A model generated the notes under the pieces. The model had not been told where the DNA came from and ran no database searches. It saw nothing but the letters and a program-made list of their open reading frames with translations. Source: Octopus bimaculoides (taxonomy: Eukaryota). From it: a DNA stretch of 64,000 bases. A program made the position numbers and the translations under genes. This document shows, one piece after another, positions 24,487 through 37,550 of the stretch. The stretch's first letter is position 1, and each line of letters starts with the position of its first letter. Where the stretch lies: NCBI RefSeq assembly GCF_001194135.2, contig NC_068997.1:47088644-47152643 (forward strand), read 5' to 3'.

Positions 24487-24835
24487 GGAGTATACATGCG
24501 TTTCCCTTGTACGTGTACCATGGTTATTTACATATGTACGTATATCGGCGTCTCTTTGTGTGGACGTATGTGTGTACGAGCTAACGTAGTGAATATTTTA
24601 GAAATAGATGTCTATGCTGTTTTCAAATGAAGATTGTAAAGCGTGTTTGTCATGCAAAGTGTGAAATGGATTGATATTGAAATATGTATTACTTATCGAT
24701 GTATTCAAAGCGAAGGTAAGCCTATTTCTGAAGTGTTAATTGCATTGCAGATGTGTAACTTTATGGCAACTTGTACGATGTTTTCTGGAGCAAGGGCTTT
24801 CATTTTAGCAAGTGGCATTATATATACTACCTAAT

Positions 24836-24873
<38 letters not shown>

Positions 24874-24888
24874 TTTAAGCTTTTACTT

Positions 24889-25090
24889 TCTTTTATTCTT
24901 TTACTTGTTTCAGTCATTTGACTGCGGCCATGCTGGAGCACCGCCTTGAAAGGTTTTAATGGAACAAATCGACCCCAGAAGCTTAGTACTTATTCTATCA
25001 GTGAATTTTGTCGAACCGCTAGGTTACAGGGGCGTAAACGCACTAACACCGGTGGTCAAGCGGTGATGAGGAGACACACACAAACAGAAA
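24889..25090 (-). mobile_element. SINE B 3' half
   Basis: TTTTACTTGTTTCAGTCATTTGACTGCGGCCATGCTGGAGCACCGCC...TTTTGTCGAACCGCTAGGTTAC, the reverse complement of the 33807-34013 type. Confidence 0.85.
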
Positions 25091-26189
25091 GACACACACA
25101 CACACACATATATATNNNNNNNNNNNNNNNNNNNNNNNNNNNNNNNNNNNNNNNNNNNNNNNNNNNNNNNNNNNNNNNNNNNNNNNNNNNNNNNNNNNNN
25201 NNNNNNNNNNNNNNNNNNNNNNNNNNNNNNNNNNNNNNNNNNNNNNNNNNNNNNNNNNNNNNNNNNNNNNNNNNNNNNNNNNNNNNNNNNNNNNNNNNNN
25301 NNNNNNNNNNNNNNNNNNNNNNNNNNNNNNNNNNNNNNNNNTATACATATATATATATATATATGCATATATACATATATATATATACATATGTATATAC
25401 ATACATATACATATATATATACATACATATACATATATATATACATATATATACATATATATATACATATATATACATATATATATACATATATATACAT
25501 ATATATATACATACATATACATATACATATATATATACATACATATATACATACATATACACATACATATATATACATATATATGCATATATATATATGT
25601 GTGTGTGTGTGTATATATAAGGCATATTAATAAACAATCTTGCCACATTTCATTTTGTTTAGAACCTTCTCAATGTCCTCTCTCTTTCCCTCCTCTCTCT
25701 CTCTCACTCACTCATCTCTCTTTGTACATACGGACATTCATACATACAGTATGACGGAGTGAGCGCAGTTGTTGTGAAAAGGAGAGCGATGCGCTGTTTG
25801 TTAAAATAGGATTGGCTAATAGTTTCTGATGACCCTGTCATATTGACTATGAACTTATCACCAAAACCTTATATTACAAATATAGAAATACCTTTTACAA
25901 CGATGCTTTCTGACATCTTTTATTAAACCTATCTGATCTTATTGAATACTTCAATATGACTTATTTCTAATGATTCACATTTAGTTATGTTCGCAGTTAA
26001 TAATTGTATTGAAAACCAGCAGACGACCGACTTGCTATGATACGTGTCGCTGCTTTGATTTGATGCTTTGCTAGGTCTAGTTACTACAAATTACACGTTA
26101 TATTTGCCAGATCACTCACAAACGATAACTGATATTTTCTAGACGTCCGTTTGTTTGTTGTGCGGTATTTTATGTTCTTTTGCTCATCC

Positions 26190-26213
26190 CTAACGAGGAG
26201 CGAAGCTTGAAAC
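26190..26213 (+). ncRNA. Degenerate hammerhead-like core
   Basis: CTAACGA-G-GAGC-gaa-GCTT-GAAAC. Same architecture as 18486, with G5>A and a G-U pair in stem II. Confidence 0.35.
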
Positions 26214-26300
26214 TTTATATATAATACTCGTTTTAATATAAACGTGCTTTTCCATATTTCTTATGAAATCATCCTAAAAATAGTCAAGCTAGTAATATTG

Positions 26301-26667
26301 ATTTCAATTTTTAGCGCAGGGGCAGCAATATCTGGGGAGCGGTTAGGTCGATTACATCGACTTCATAACTCAACTTGTACTTTATTTTATCGACGTTAAG
26401 AGGATGAAAAGTAAAGTCGACCTTGGCGGAATTTGAACTCAGACCGAAAAAAGGGACGAAATGCTGCTAAGCGTTTTGTCCGGCGTCCTAATGATTCTTT
26501 TCTACTCTAGGTACAACGCCCGAAATTTTGGGGGAGGGGGCCAGTCGATTAGATCGACCCCAGTACGCAACTGGTACTTCGACTCCTAAAGGATGAAAGG
26601 CAAAGTCGACCTCAGAGGAATTTGAACTCAGAACGTAACAGCAGAAGAAATACCACTCAGCACTTAG
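26301..26667 (-). mobile_element. Two tandem SINE A copies (minus strand)
   Basis: An older copy at 26301-26498 is joined at ATTCT to a younger copy at about 26494-26667 (TTTTCTACTCTAGG...GGGGCCAGTCGATTAGATCGACCCCAG). Confidence 0.85.
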
Positions 26668-26694
26668 TCAAGCTAATAATATTATCCTTATATC

Positions 26695-27140
26695 TTATCT
26701 TCACGTTCTGGGTTCAAATTGCGCCCGAGTCCGACTTTGCCTTTTATCTTTCGGGGTCGATAATAAAATATATACCAGTTGAACACTGGATGGGAGTAAT
26801 CAGCTTACCCCTCCCTAGAAATTGCTCACCTTATGCCAAAATTTGAAATCGCTATTATCCTTCGTTTATAGGTAGTGAGCTAGCAGAGTCGTTAGTAAAC
26901 CGGACAAAATGCTGAGGTGCATTTCATTCATCTTTACGTTCTGAGTTCAAATTCCACTGGGCGAAATGCTTAGCGGTATTTCGTCCGTCTTTGCGTTCTG
27001 AGTTCAAATTCCGCCGAGGTCGACTTTACCTTTCATCCTTTCGGAGTCGATAAATTAGTTACCAGTTGCATGCTGGGGTTGATCTAATCGACTGGCCCCC
27101 TTCCCCCAAGATTTCGGACCTTGTGCCTAGAGTAGAAACG
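26695..27140 (+). mobile_element. Three tandem SINE A copies or fragments (plus strand)
   Basis: About 26695-26850, 26870-26958 and 26959-27140, each with GTTC(T/G)G(A/G)GTTCAAATT. The last has an intact body and tail. Confidence 0.85.
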
Positions 27141-27620
27141 TTTAACACTTCCAATACACGAAGAAGAAGAAAAAGCAGTTGACATTAGCGTGATTCGATC
27201 ACGGTAAGTCACGAGCACGCTGATTGATGGATGTGGATAAAATTAATACTTTTCTTTAAATACTTGCATTGGANNNNNNNNNNNNNNNNNNNNNNNNNNN
27301 NNNNNNNNNNNNNNNNNNNNNNNNNNNNNNNNNNNNNNNNNNNNNNNNNNNNNNNNNNNNNNNNNNNNNNNNNNNNNNNNNNNNNNNNNNNNNNNNNNNN
27401 NNNNNNNNNNNNNNNNNNNNNNNNNNNNNNNNNNNNNNNNNNNNNNNNNNNNNNNNNNNNNNNNNNNNNNNNNNNNNNNNNNNNNNNNNNNNNNNNNNNN
27501 NNNNNNNNNNNNNNNNNNNNNNNNNNNNNNNNNNNNNNNNNNNNNNNNNNNNNNNNNNNNNNNNNNNNNNNNNNNNNNNNNNNNNNNNNNNNNNNNNNNN
27601 NNNNNNNNNNNNNNNNNNNN

Positions 27621-27653
<33 letters not shown>

Positions 27654-27844
27654 TACATATATATATATATACTTTAGTTATATCTTAATGTATATGTGTG
27701 TGTGTGTGTGCATTGAAAAATACATACATGAGTATATGAAGATAGATAGATAGATCGATAGTTTGATAGATAGATATACATACCTACATGTGTATATATA
27801 CATATATATATATATGCGTAAATTGATATGTGTATATATTTATG

Positions 27845-27875
<31 letters not shown>

Positions 27876-28329
27876 ATGTATACATAAGTACATATATAGA
27901 TACATATATATCTTGGTATAAACACAAAAATACACTTATATACGCACGCACACACACAATACATAGAATATACAGACGAATACAGATGCGCACAAATACA
28001 AACACATAACATACACACATAACACGCACAAACTCACACACATACACACACAAACGCACGCAGTGTTAACATGCTTATATCGATGCTATCAGCCTGGTAA
28101 AGTAAATCTGTTGAAGATTTAATCATCCTACACAAATGGCAATCGGAATTTTTATGACATTTCATTGAAAAGCAATCAAAGATATCCTGAAATATTCCTA
28201 GCTTGGCATTTGTGTTCTTATGAAATCATTATTAAAGACTTCACACAGCGTTCAGGTTAGGTGGGTATATGTGTACGAGGATGGATAGATGGATGTACAT
28301 ACATACATACATTCATATATATATATATA

Positions 28330-28375
<46 letters not shown>

Positions 28376-28754
28376 GGGGGGGGCAATGATCTGTCTTTCC
28401 ACGTCGAATTCAGGTAGGTGCATAAACTGTTTGTGCTTTTTGCATATTTATTTATATTAGTAAAAATGGACAAGAGTATTATGTATAGCTAAACTTAGAC
28501 GCATATATATTGTATGTATGTATATGTGTATATATGCATGTATAGAATCGTATAATATGCATAAGTACTCATACGCATGCGCCCATACATAAACATACAT
28601 TGTGTGTGTGTTTATATGTATGTACATGCATACATAATCGGACTCATAATCCTGAATGCAGCACATCCATGTGTGTATGATTGCATGATTATGTGTGCAT
28701 GTATGCACGATATGTGTATAAGTATATGTATTTCTGCGTTAGAGTGCATACAAG

Positions 28755-28786
<32 letters not shown>

Positions 28787-29059
28787 ATATATGTATATGT
28801 AGATATGCAGACATTATGTTTTTTTATCGAACCTAGTTTTATGCATATATACTGGAAATTATAAACATCATTATATCTAGCAATATAACTATGTGTTATT
28901 TTATTTAGATATGATGGAGGATGAATAAATATATAAATCATGAAATATTCAAGGTAACTGACACACATTACGAAATATGGTAATAATTATTTCTATGGTT
29001 CGCTCTATCCTTTGTGTATTTATATGTAAGAAAAAGTTTGTAGATAGCGCTGAGTAAAT

Positions 29060-30330
29060 GGAGGCAGAGTGGTTTGAAGTTGTGGGGTTGGCGTGTGGTT
29101 GTCGTGGTTGGAGTTTAGGAAGATAAAGGCTGGTGGTTGTTAGTTTGATGTTGATAGATGAGTGTTGGTGGGTGAAGGCTAGAGGATAGAGGCTGGAGGT
29201 CGGGGATTTTAATGGTTGTGTATTGGTGGGTGGAGGCTAGAAGATAGCGGCTGGAGGTTGGAGGTTGGAGGTCGGAGATTTTAAAGGTTGCGTGGTGGAG
29301 GTTGGTGCCTAGAGGCTTGGAGAATGATGTTCGGAGTTTGATAGTTAGCTGTTAATTTTTGAGTGTTGACGGTTGGGGCTTAGGGGTCTTGGAAGTCGTG
29401 TGTTGTATATTGGAGGTTTGGAGGAAAACAATTAGGGCATAAGCAGTTTGTTGATAGTTGAATGTTTGTAATTGGAGATTGGAAATTAGGAAGAACGCTT
29501 TGAGGATAAACGTTAGGTCAGCTGTTTTATTTTGATGGTTGAATGGGAGAGGCTGGAGGATGTGTGTTAGAGGTTGCAGTTTGGACGTTTGAAGGGAAAA
29601 GGTACGACGTTGAATGTTGGATGTTGGATGTGAACGGAAAGAAGTTGAAGGTAAGCGCTCAGATGTTCGATATTGACAGCGGGAGATTGTAGACTGACGT
29701 TTGGAGGCTAGAGGTTAAAAATTCAAGGTAGGAAATTGGACGTGAAGTGGATAAATTGAGAAGCTGGCGGTTGGATGCTAATGGTTAGATTGAAGGTTGA
29801 AAACAGGAAGCTGGAGGCTGGAGCTTGGAAATTGGTGACCGAATATTGAATGCTGGAGGCTGGATGCGGACGGTTGGTGATTTGTGGTTAGAAAGTCGTT
29901 GTTTAATGTTGGATGTTGGATGCTGGCGGATGGATGGTGGAGGTTAACCGTTTGCGGTTAGAAATTGACGTCTCGGGATCAAAGCTTGACAATTCGAGGC
30001 TAGAGGTTAGTGGCTGAAATTTAGAAGCTAACGTTAGAAGTTTGATGTTTGGGTTTAACAATTGAAAGATGATGGTTGGCAATCGGAGGGTAGCTGTTAG
30101 AGATGAGCTGTTTGATACTGGAGGTTGGAAATAATTGAGTGTTGGCGATTGGAAGTTATGGGCTGGAAATTGATGGTTAATGGTTGGAAGTGAAGATTAG
30201 AGGTTGGTAATTTAAGACTGAAACTGGGTGAATATAGGATAACGATTGAAGGTTGATGATTAAGTAAGGGATGTAGGCTGACCGTTGAAAAGAAGTAGTT
30301 TGATGTCGGTAGTTAGGGCTCAGAGGTTGG
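29060..30330 (+). repeat. Degenerate G/T-rich 7-mer satellite (GYTGGAG/GTTGGAT)
   Basis: Examples: GGCTGGAGGTTGGAGGTTGGAGGTCGGAG (about 29249) and GTTGGATGTTGGATGCTGGCGGATGG (about 29908). Strongly C-poor on the plus strand. Confidence 0.75.
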
Positions 30331-33300
30331 AATTTCACTGATTTTATGTTGTGCTTGTTTAGTTTGTTCACCTCCCATATGGAAAGCTACAGTTGTAGTT
30401 GACTGTAACGCCAGATAAAGTATCCAGAAAGCCTATGCTGAAAGCACTTCAACTATGGCTTTGCTGTTATTTTTCAGGTGTAGTGTATCTAGGATTACAT
30501 TAGTCAATGATTATATACTTATCCTTAGATTTACTCTTTGGTTTCACTTCACTGCAGTAAATGTTGCCAACTGGAAACTCGGTGTTATTGATACTGACAT
30601 TTAATTTAACTAAAAGCAGATCCTTCATTGAGAGTTTTGAGGGGGGGGGTTATAGAGATAACTAGGGGTTTCTGCATTAAGATTACCTTGGGGTGAATAC
30701 CACAGTTAGAGCTCTTTATAATGTGAGGACGAACACTTACATACTTGCTTAAACGATGTTACATAATGAAATGAGGGATTACGACCATTAATTCGTGAGT
30801 TCTTGAAGAGAAAGCTTTAAACACATATCATCCTACACATTATATTAAAGGTATTACTTGACTCACCGTGCGTAATATACTCTATCATTATATGGAACCA
30901 AATGTATAAGTGTATCTAAGTAGGTATGAATGTATCTATCTACCAATATACACACACGCACGCACACGCACACATACACTCATATATATATATACACATA
31001 CAAACATACATATGTGTGTGAACGTATATTTAATATACTGAATTTTTATATTGCGTAAGGACTATAAAAACATATTCATTGAATTTAAGAGCACAATTTT
31101 TAACATGTCGTTAAACTCCAATAAGTTATTACTTCAATGCAGTAACTATAAATGCAATGAGATTGCATATAGATACATTGGCTAGAAAGGAATGTTCAGA
31201 ACAAAATATTTAGAAGAACGTATAAAAGTAAGGATTTCACTGAGGTTTATTAATTTCATTCGAAGTCCTTCAGCTGTTTCTTGTGGTTGATATACACTTA
31301 TGATCATTTATATAATTACATAATTGATTAATTTGAATGAGATGAATATACCATCTCATCAGGAAATAAAATGGAAATATTAAAATCAGATTTTATTTCC
31401 TAATGTAACGGTTTGTTCATCATATTCAAATTAATTATGTATGATTTATATATAATTACGTAATTATATGGATGACTGTGTAAAATATATGTACAACTCT
31501 GAACGAAGTTATGAAATATCAGTGGAATCTCTGCTCTTTATTGTTCTAAATATGTACGCTAACGCGCGCATACATACATATACACACACACATACACGCA
31601 CACACACTCACAAACACTCTTACAGACATGCATATAAAATCACAAAAATGCATACAGATGATGACAATTTGTTACATTCATACGATTAATGCCACGGGGA
31701 AAAAAATCCTTTTGGTGTGAGGTGACACCACCCTTCCAGTGCATCCATAAAAATTTTAGCGCTGGTAAGTTGCATCAGTTCCTGCCTGTTACCCCTAGAT
31801 GCGTTGTGTCCACTCGTTGGATTTTCGTTTTCACCATGATTCTTCAAGCTGTAGCACAGCAGAAAAAGCTTCCACATTTGTAATTGTTGAAGAGGAATTA
31901 TGAACACAAAAATACAGCAAATCTTAGGTAGATTTGCAATGGCTGAAAGCATTGTCCCTTCTCTAAGACAAAAACGATAAAAACCACATATATTCTCCCG
32001 CACGCACATAGACAACCTTTACATACACATAAACACATGCACACACACACATACACATACATACATACATTCATATATACATACATAATATGCCTATGCT
32101 GAACTATTCAGAAATTTGCAATTACTCTATCCAGATTACAAGTATTGGCTTATACTTGTAATTATGAGATGAATGTCTTTCTAAACAAATTCACTCGTTC
32201 ATTTCTAGGCGAGCGATAAAACTTGTTAGCATAACAAATAATTAAATAAACAAATAAATAAAGAGAAAGACCATTTTCCCCCAGCCCCCGGATCTCCGCT
32301 GATATATATAACCTTTCTATTTTATATGCAGTGACCTATGCTTAAATGACCTTTCCATTATTNNNNNNNNNNNNNNNNNNNNNNNNNNNNNNNNNNNNNN
32401 NNNNNNNNNNNNNNNNNNNNNNNNNNNNNNNNNNNNNNNNNNNNNNNNNNNNNNNNNNNNNNNNNNNNNNNNNNNNNNNNNNNNNNNNNNNNNNNNNNNN
32501 NNNNNNNNNNNNNNNNNNNNNNNNNNNNNNNNNNNNNNNNNNNNNNNNNNNNNNNNNNNNNNNNNNNNNNNNNNNNNNNNNNNNNNNNNNNNNNNNNNNN
32601 NNNNNNNNNNNNNNNNNNNNNNNNNNNNNNNNNNNNNNNNNNNNNNNNNNNNNNNNNNNNNNNNNNNNNNNNNNNNNNNNNNNNNNNNNNNNNNNNNNNN
32701 NNNNNNNNNNNNNNNNNNNNNNNNNNNNNNNNNNNNNNNNNNNNNNNNNNNNNNNNNNNNNNNNNNNNNNNNNNNNNNNNNNNNNNNNNNNNNNNNNNNN
32801 NNNNNNNNNNNNNNNNNNNNNNNNNNNNNNNNNNNNNNNNNNNNNNNNNNNNNNNNNNNNNNNNNNNNNNNNNNNNNNNNNNNNNNNNNNNNNNNNNNNN
32901 NNNNNNNNNNNNNNNNNNNNNNNNNNNNNNNNNNNNNNNNNNNNNNNNNNNNNNNNNNNNNNNNNNNNNNNNNNNNNNNNNNNNNNNNNNNNNNNNNNNN
33001 NNNNNNNNNNNNNNNNNNNNNNNNNNNNNNNNNNNNNNNNNNNNNNNNNNNNNNNNNNNNNNNNNNNNNNNNNNNNNNNNNNNNNNNNNNNNNNNNNNNN
33101 NNNNNNNNNNNNNNNNNNNNNNNNNNNNNNNNNNNNNNNNNNNNNNNNNNNNNNNNNNNNNNNNNNNNNNNNNNNNNNNNNNNNNNNNNNNNNNNNNNNN
33201 NNNNNNNNNNNNNNNNNNNNNNAACCTTTCTATTTTATATGCAGTGACCTATGCTTAAATGACCTTTCCATTATTACAATATAGATTCTGTTAAATATGG

Positions 33301-33724
33301 AATAAACATGTTTTATTTTACAGATGAAAATTCAATAAAAATCTGCCATTGTATGATTCATTGAAAGCAGGTCGGGTTTGGCTTGTCGAGTGTGTGGGAT
33401 TTGTTTTCTAGGAGTTTGGAGGTGTCAGAAGTGGTTTTATTTCTTCTTCTTTATATATAATTTTTTAATTTTTGTTTGAATAAGGGTGTGTAGTGAAATT
33501 AATGAGACTCAAAGGATGATTAAATCCCATCGCTTTTAACTTACAAATCACTAATATATTGTACTTATATATATGCATACATACATACGTAAAAATACAT
33601 ATATATGAGCATGCTTAGATATGCAACTACATGCATGAGAATGCATACATACATACGAAGATACCTAGATATGCAACTATATGCATGGAAAAGTATACAT
33701 AAAACAAATCATACTTATCTGCAC

Positions 33725-33804
<80 letters not shown>

Positions 33805-33806
33805 AT

Positions 33807-34013
33807 GTGTTTGCATGTCTGTGTTTGTCCCCCCAACATCGCTTGACAACCGATGCTGGTGTGTTTATGTCCCCGTAACATTAGCGGTTCGGCAAAAGAG
33901 ACCGAAAGAATAAGTACTAGGCTTCCAAAGAATAAGTCCTGGGGTCGATTTGCTCGACTAAAGGCGGTGCTCCAGCATGGCCACAGTCAAAAGACTGAAA
34001 CAAGTAAAAGAGT
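33807..34013 (+). mobile_element. SINE B 3' half, well preserved
   Basis: GTGTTTGTCCCCCCAACATCGCTTGACAACCGATGCTGG...AAAGGCGGTGCTCCAGCATGGCCACAGTC...AAGTAAAAGAG, preceded by a long (TA)n. Confidence 0.9.
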
Positions 34014-34118
34014 ATATATATATATATATATATACATGCATGCGTGATTACGTACCAGCATATATACACGCAATGCACGCATATGTAAACGCATATGCTC
34101 TTATTCTTCTACTAGTTT

Positions 34119-34187
34119 AATCGAACTCGGAATCTTGCGGTTAGTAACCCGCGCTCTTAATCACTACGCTATATGCCCGTGGGCAAT
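34119..34187 (-). other. tRNA-like (A-box/B-box) segment directly 3' of the Penelope ORF
   Basis: Minus strand ...GGGCATATAGCGTAGTGATTAAGAGCGCGGGTTACTAACCGCAAGATTCCGAGTTCGATT, truncated after the B box. Not a complete tRNA. Confidence 0.6.
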
Positions 34188-34207
34188 TATGAACTGAATT
34201 TTAGGGC

Positions 34208-34561
34208 TTATAAATCTAATATTTTCCTATCCTTCCTTAATACTGGTTCCCGTATGCTATTCATATCTGCACTCGGTCTGCTTAGGAGGTTGTTGTGTCC
34301 TAGCACATTTGCTGCTTCTTTTAGTTTTCGTATTTTCCAGTGGTGTTCTCTGTCTATTATTTTAACTTCATCCCACAAGGGAAGGTGGTCTCCATTTTTC
34401 CATTCATGATCAGCTATGCCCAATTTATCAATATTTCCTCGTGTCACAGCTTTGCGATGTTCCTCTACTCTTATTTTGAGGGGGCGACATGTTTCGCCTT
34501 TGTATAGCCTACTACAGCTGCATGGGATGGATTATATGCAGTTTTTGGTCATAATCTCTTC
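34208..34561 (-). pseudogene. Penelope-like retroelement GIY-YIG endonuclease domain (5'-truncated, one in-frame stop)
   Basis: A single frame reads EEIMTKNCI*SIPCSCSRLYKGETCRPLKIRVEEHRKAVTRGNIDKLGIADHEWKNGDHLPLWDEVKIIDREHHWKIRKLKEAANVLGHNNLLSRPS...*. It carries the xIYxIxC..C...YxGET.R.L..R..EH PLE endonuclease signature. Confidence 0.9.
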
Positions 34562-34724
34562 TATGTGTGTGTGTGTTTCTTCTACACAAACAGACAGACA
34601 GACGCCCCCCCCCACACACACACACATATACATGGAAAATACCGAAGAGAGGTAACTCTGCGCAGGTTTAAATCTGTAGTGTTAAATAAAATACAGTGAA
34701 TACCATTGACTAGGTTGCACTGTT

Positions 34725-35305
34725 AGACTGGCCAGATATGTTGTTTTACCACATCTTACTATAAGAGAATTTTTTTTTTCTCCGCACAAACTGCAGTGAA
34801 TTTGCTTTTAAAGGTTGAAATGTATCACAAATATATTTTAACTAGCATAAAGTTCGTTTATGCCTAAACACTGCTTGACACTGCTACTGTTGAATTTCTT
34901 CAGATCTGGTTGTCTAATGGTGCAACCTGTCCAATGTTGTAAACTGTGTTTTAGTTACAACTACGGCTTTAACCAGAATTACATCTCTTCGGTATTCCTC
35001 GTTGAAAATTGCTAGAGCTAGAAACGCTGCGTCTGGGAATTCGACAGAGGGTGACATTGGGCACATATTGCCTTTTTACAGCTTTTGCCATAGAGTGAAT
35101 TTCTTTCTCCATGGTAACTGCAGTGGATTCGCTTTAAAAATTTTGAAATATGTCACCAAACATATTTTAACTAACCTAAAGTTCGTATATATATATATGA
35201 GAGCCAACTCTGTAGCCTTCTGGAATAATACCTCTAGGCAAACTACACTGACAGGAAACCAAATGTACTTGTGATATGAAGTTAACTGTATTTTACTTTA
35301 TACAA
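34725..35305 (+). repeat. Two copies of an unclassified dispersed repeat
   Basis: CTGCAGTG(A/G)ATT(T/C)GCTTT...AAAT(A/G)TATTTTAACTA(G/A)C(A/C)TAAAGTTCG at about 34790 and 35115. Homologous, inverted, at 41150-41270; the 35214-35305 part also matches 21820-21893. Confidence 0.55.
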
Positions 35306-35774
35306 ACGTATATGAAGAGAGAGAGACAGGGAGAGAGAGAGAGAGAGAGATAGAGAGAGGCAGAGAGATACATATATACATATATATATATACACTCATA
35401 TAAATACACGACGTTATGGTTATAGTCATATTTATTCACCAAATACAGTAGAGTACACTATTTCCTAATTTATCATAAGGACAAACGGTTTCTTATTATT
35501 AATACGTTGCTATGTGATACGACGATACATCATTATATTCTAACTCACAATTACTAACCTTGTACTTTGTTTAAAAATGTTTGGTATTTTCAATTTGCAG
35601 ATTATTCAAACTATTTAGACAAACAATAATTATCTAAAGATTATAAATAATTGTCTCAATCGATAACAATCAAACATATTTTTCCTTGGCTTCCACTAAA
35701 TATATATATTAAAAAATGTTTATATATTCATGTTTTCTATTACGCTCCCCGATGAGAGAATGTTTGAATGGCTA

Positions 35775-35824
<50 letters not shown>

Positions 35825-36100
35825 CACGCACACACACACACATATATACGCATAAATGTATTTATGTGTGTGTGTGTATATATATATATGTATGTATATA
35901 TATATATGTATATACATGGTATATAATCATAGATATATGTCTATAATTGTATATACATATGAAAAATTGTATACAAACATACATATGCATGCATATATAT
36001 ATGTGTGTGTGTATGCATGTGTGTATATATATATGTGTGTGTGTGTGTGTATATATTATAAATATAAATACATATATATATGTATGTATATATATTATAA

Positions 36101-36141
<41 letters not shown>

Positions 36142-36158
36142 ATATAAATATATATATC

Positions 36159-36190
<32 letters not shown>

Positions 36191-36209
36191 ATATAAATAT
36201 ATATATATC

Positions 36210-36241
<32 letters not shown>

Positions 36242-36284
36242 ATATAAATATATNNNNNNNNNNNNNNNNNNNNNNNNNNNNNNN

Positions 36285-36334
<50 letters not shown>

Positions 36335-36818
36335 GTACAAGGAGAAAATAAAAGAGGCAGTGAAAGACAAAGGGACAACAGAGGGAGAGATTGAGAGAGA
36401 GAGAGGCGTATCTGTTTTATTCCTTGTTTATCAAACTCTATTAGTGCTCCTTTGAACTAAATTTAATATTTGTATCTTTAAAGTAGTTATTTGCTCCGAT
36501 TTCCTTTTTTTTCTCTTTTCTTAAATTTTATCTCAGATATACCAAAACAATGATCAACAATACTTGAGACGCAGTGTGTAGCCTTAGAAATGCTCATTTA
36601 CTTTTCTTTCATATTACATTCACAAGCATTCATACAAATATACGCATCAACATATACTCATCATCTCATAAATACTTAACACATAAAATTGTTTTAAAAG
36701 TGTGTAACTACGTATAAATGTGTGCAAATGTGTATATGTGTGTATGTATGTGTAAGTGTGTGTGTGCATGTATGTGTATGTATGTAAATATATATAAGTA
36801 CGTACTTATATAATTATG

Positions 36819-36881
<63 letters not shown>

Positions 36882-37550
36882 GAGTGCTTATATACATATA
36901 TATATAGATACATACATACATACACTATTTTACAATTTAAGTATGAAAAAATGGCTTGTTAAATGGACTTTACAATGTAAAAATAGGAGTATATCTTAAG
37001 ACAGTATCGAATCTGGAAGTGAAGATTTCAAATATAAGTCTTGTAGTTGAAATTGTACAAACTCNNNNNNNNNNNNNNNNNNNNNNNNNNNNNNNNNNNN
37101 NNNNNNNNNNNNNNNNNNNNNNNNNNNNNNNNNNNNNNNGGGAGGGAGGGACAGAGAGAGGGGAAGAGTGTGTGTGAGTTTGTGTTTCCATATCTATTAT
37201 TCCTTTTCCTGTCTCTCTTTTGTAAGAGAGGCTATTGAACAATCTAAGATTTCGTTTGCCGTCCAGCTTTGAAAATAACGTTTATCTTTGGTGCGTTCTA
37301 TATGTAAATTAGGGAAACTATCTCCCACGGCACGTAGTGGTCTCTTTCAGTTCACACAAATTGCTAGAAATAACTGAGTAATCGTCCTCAAACCACATCC
37401 GACAGTTATAAATATGTGCAAACTACTTAATATAATGTAATCCTAGATATTGTTAAGCAGGATGGATGGTCACAGTTAGACTGCCTTTCCTTAAAGGTCT
37501 TATTGATCAGGGTATTACCTAGAATAAAATAATCATTTCTACAAAAGGCT

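Noticed and set aside
31337-31362. Minus-strand CTGATGA followed by a hairpin
   Set aside because: No GAAA after the stem, so not a hammerhead.
32310-33275. 53-bp exact direct repeat (32310-32362 and 33223-33275) flanking an 860-N gap
   Set aside because: Typical unmerged contig overlap, so an assembly artefact rather than a TSD or LTR.
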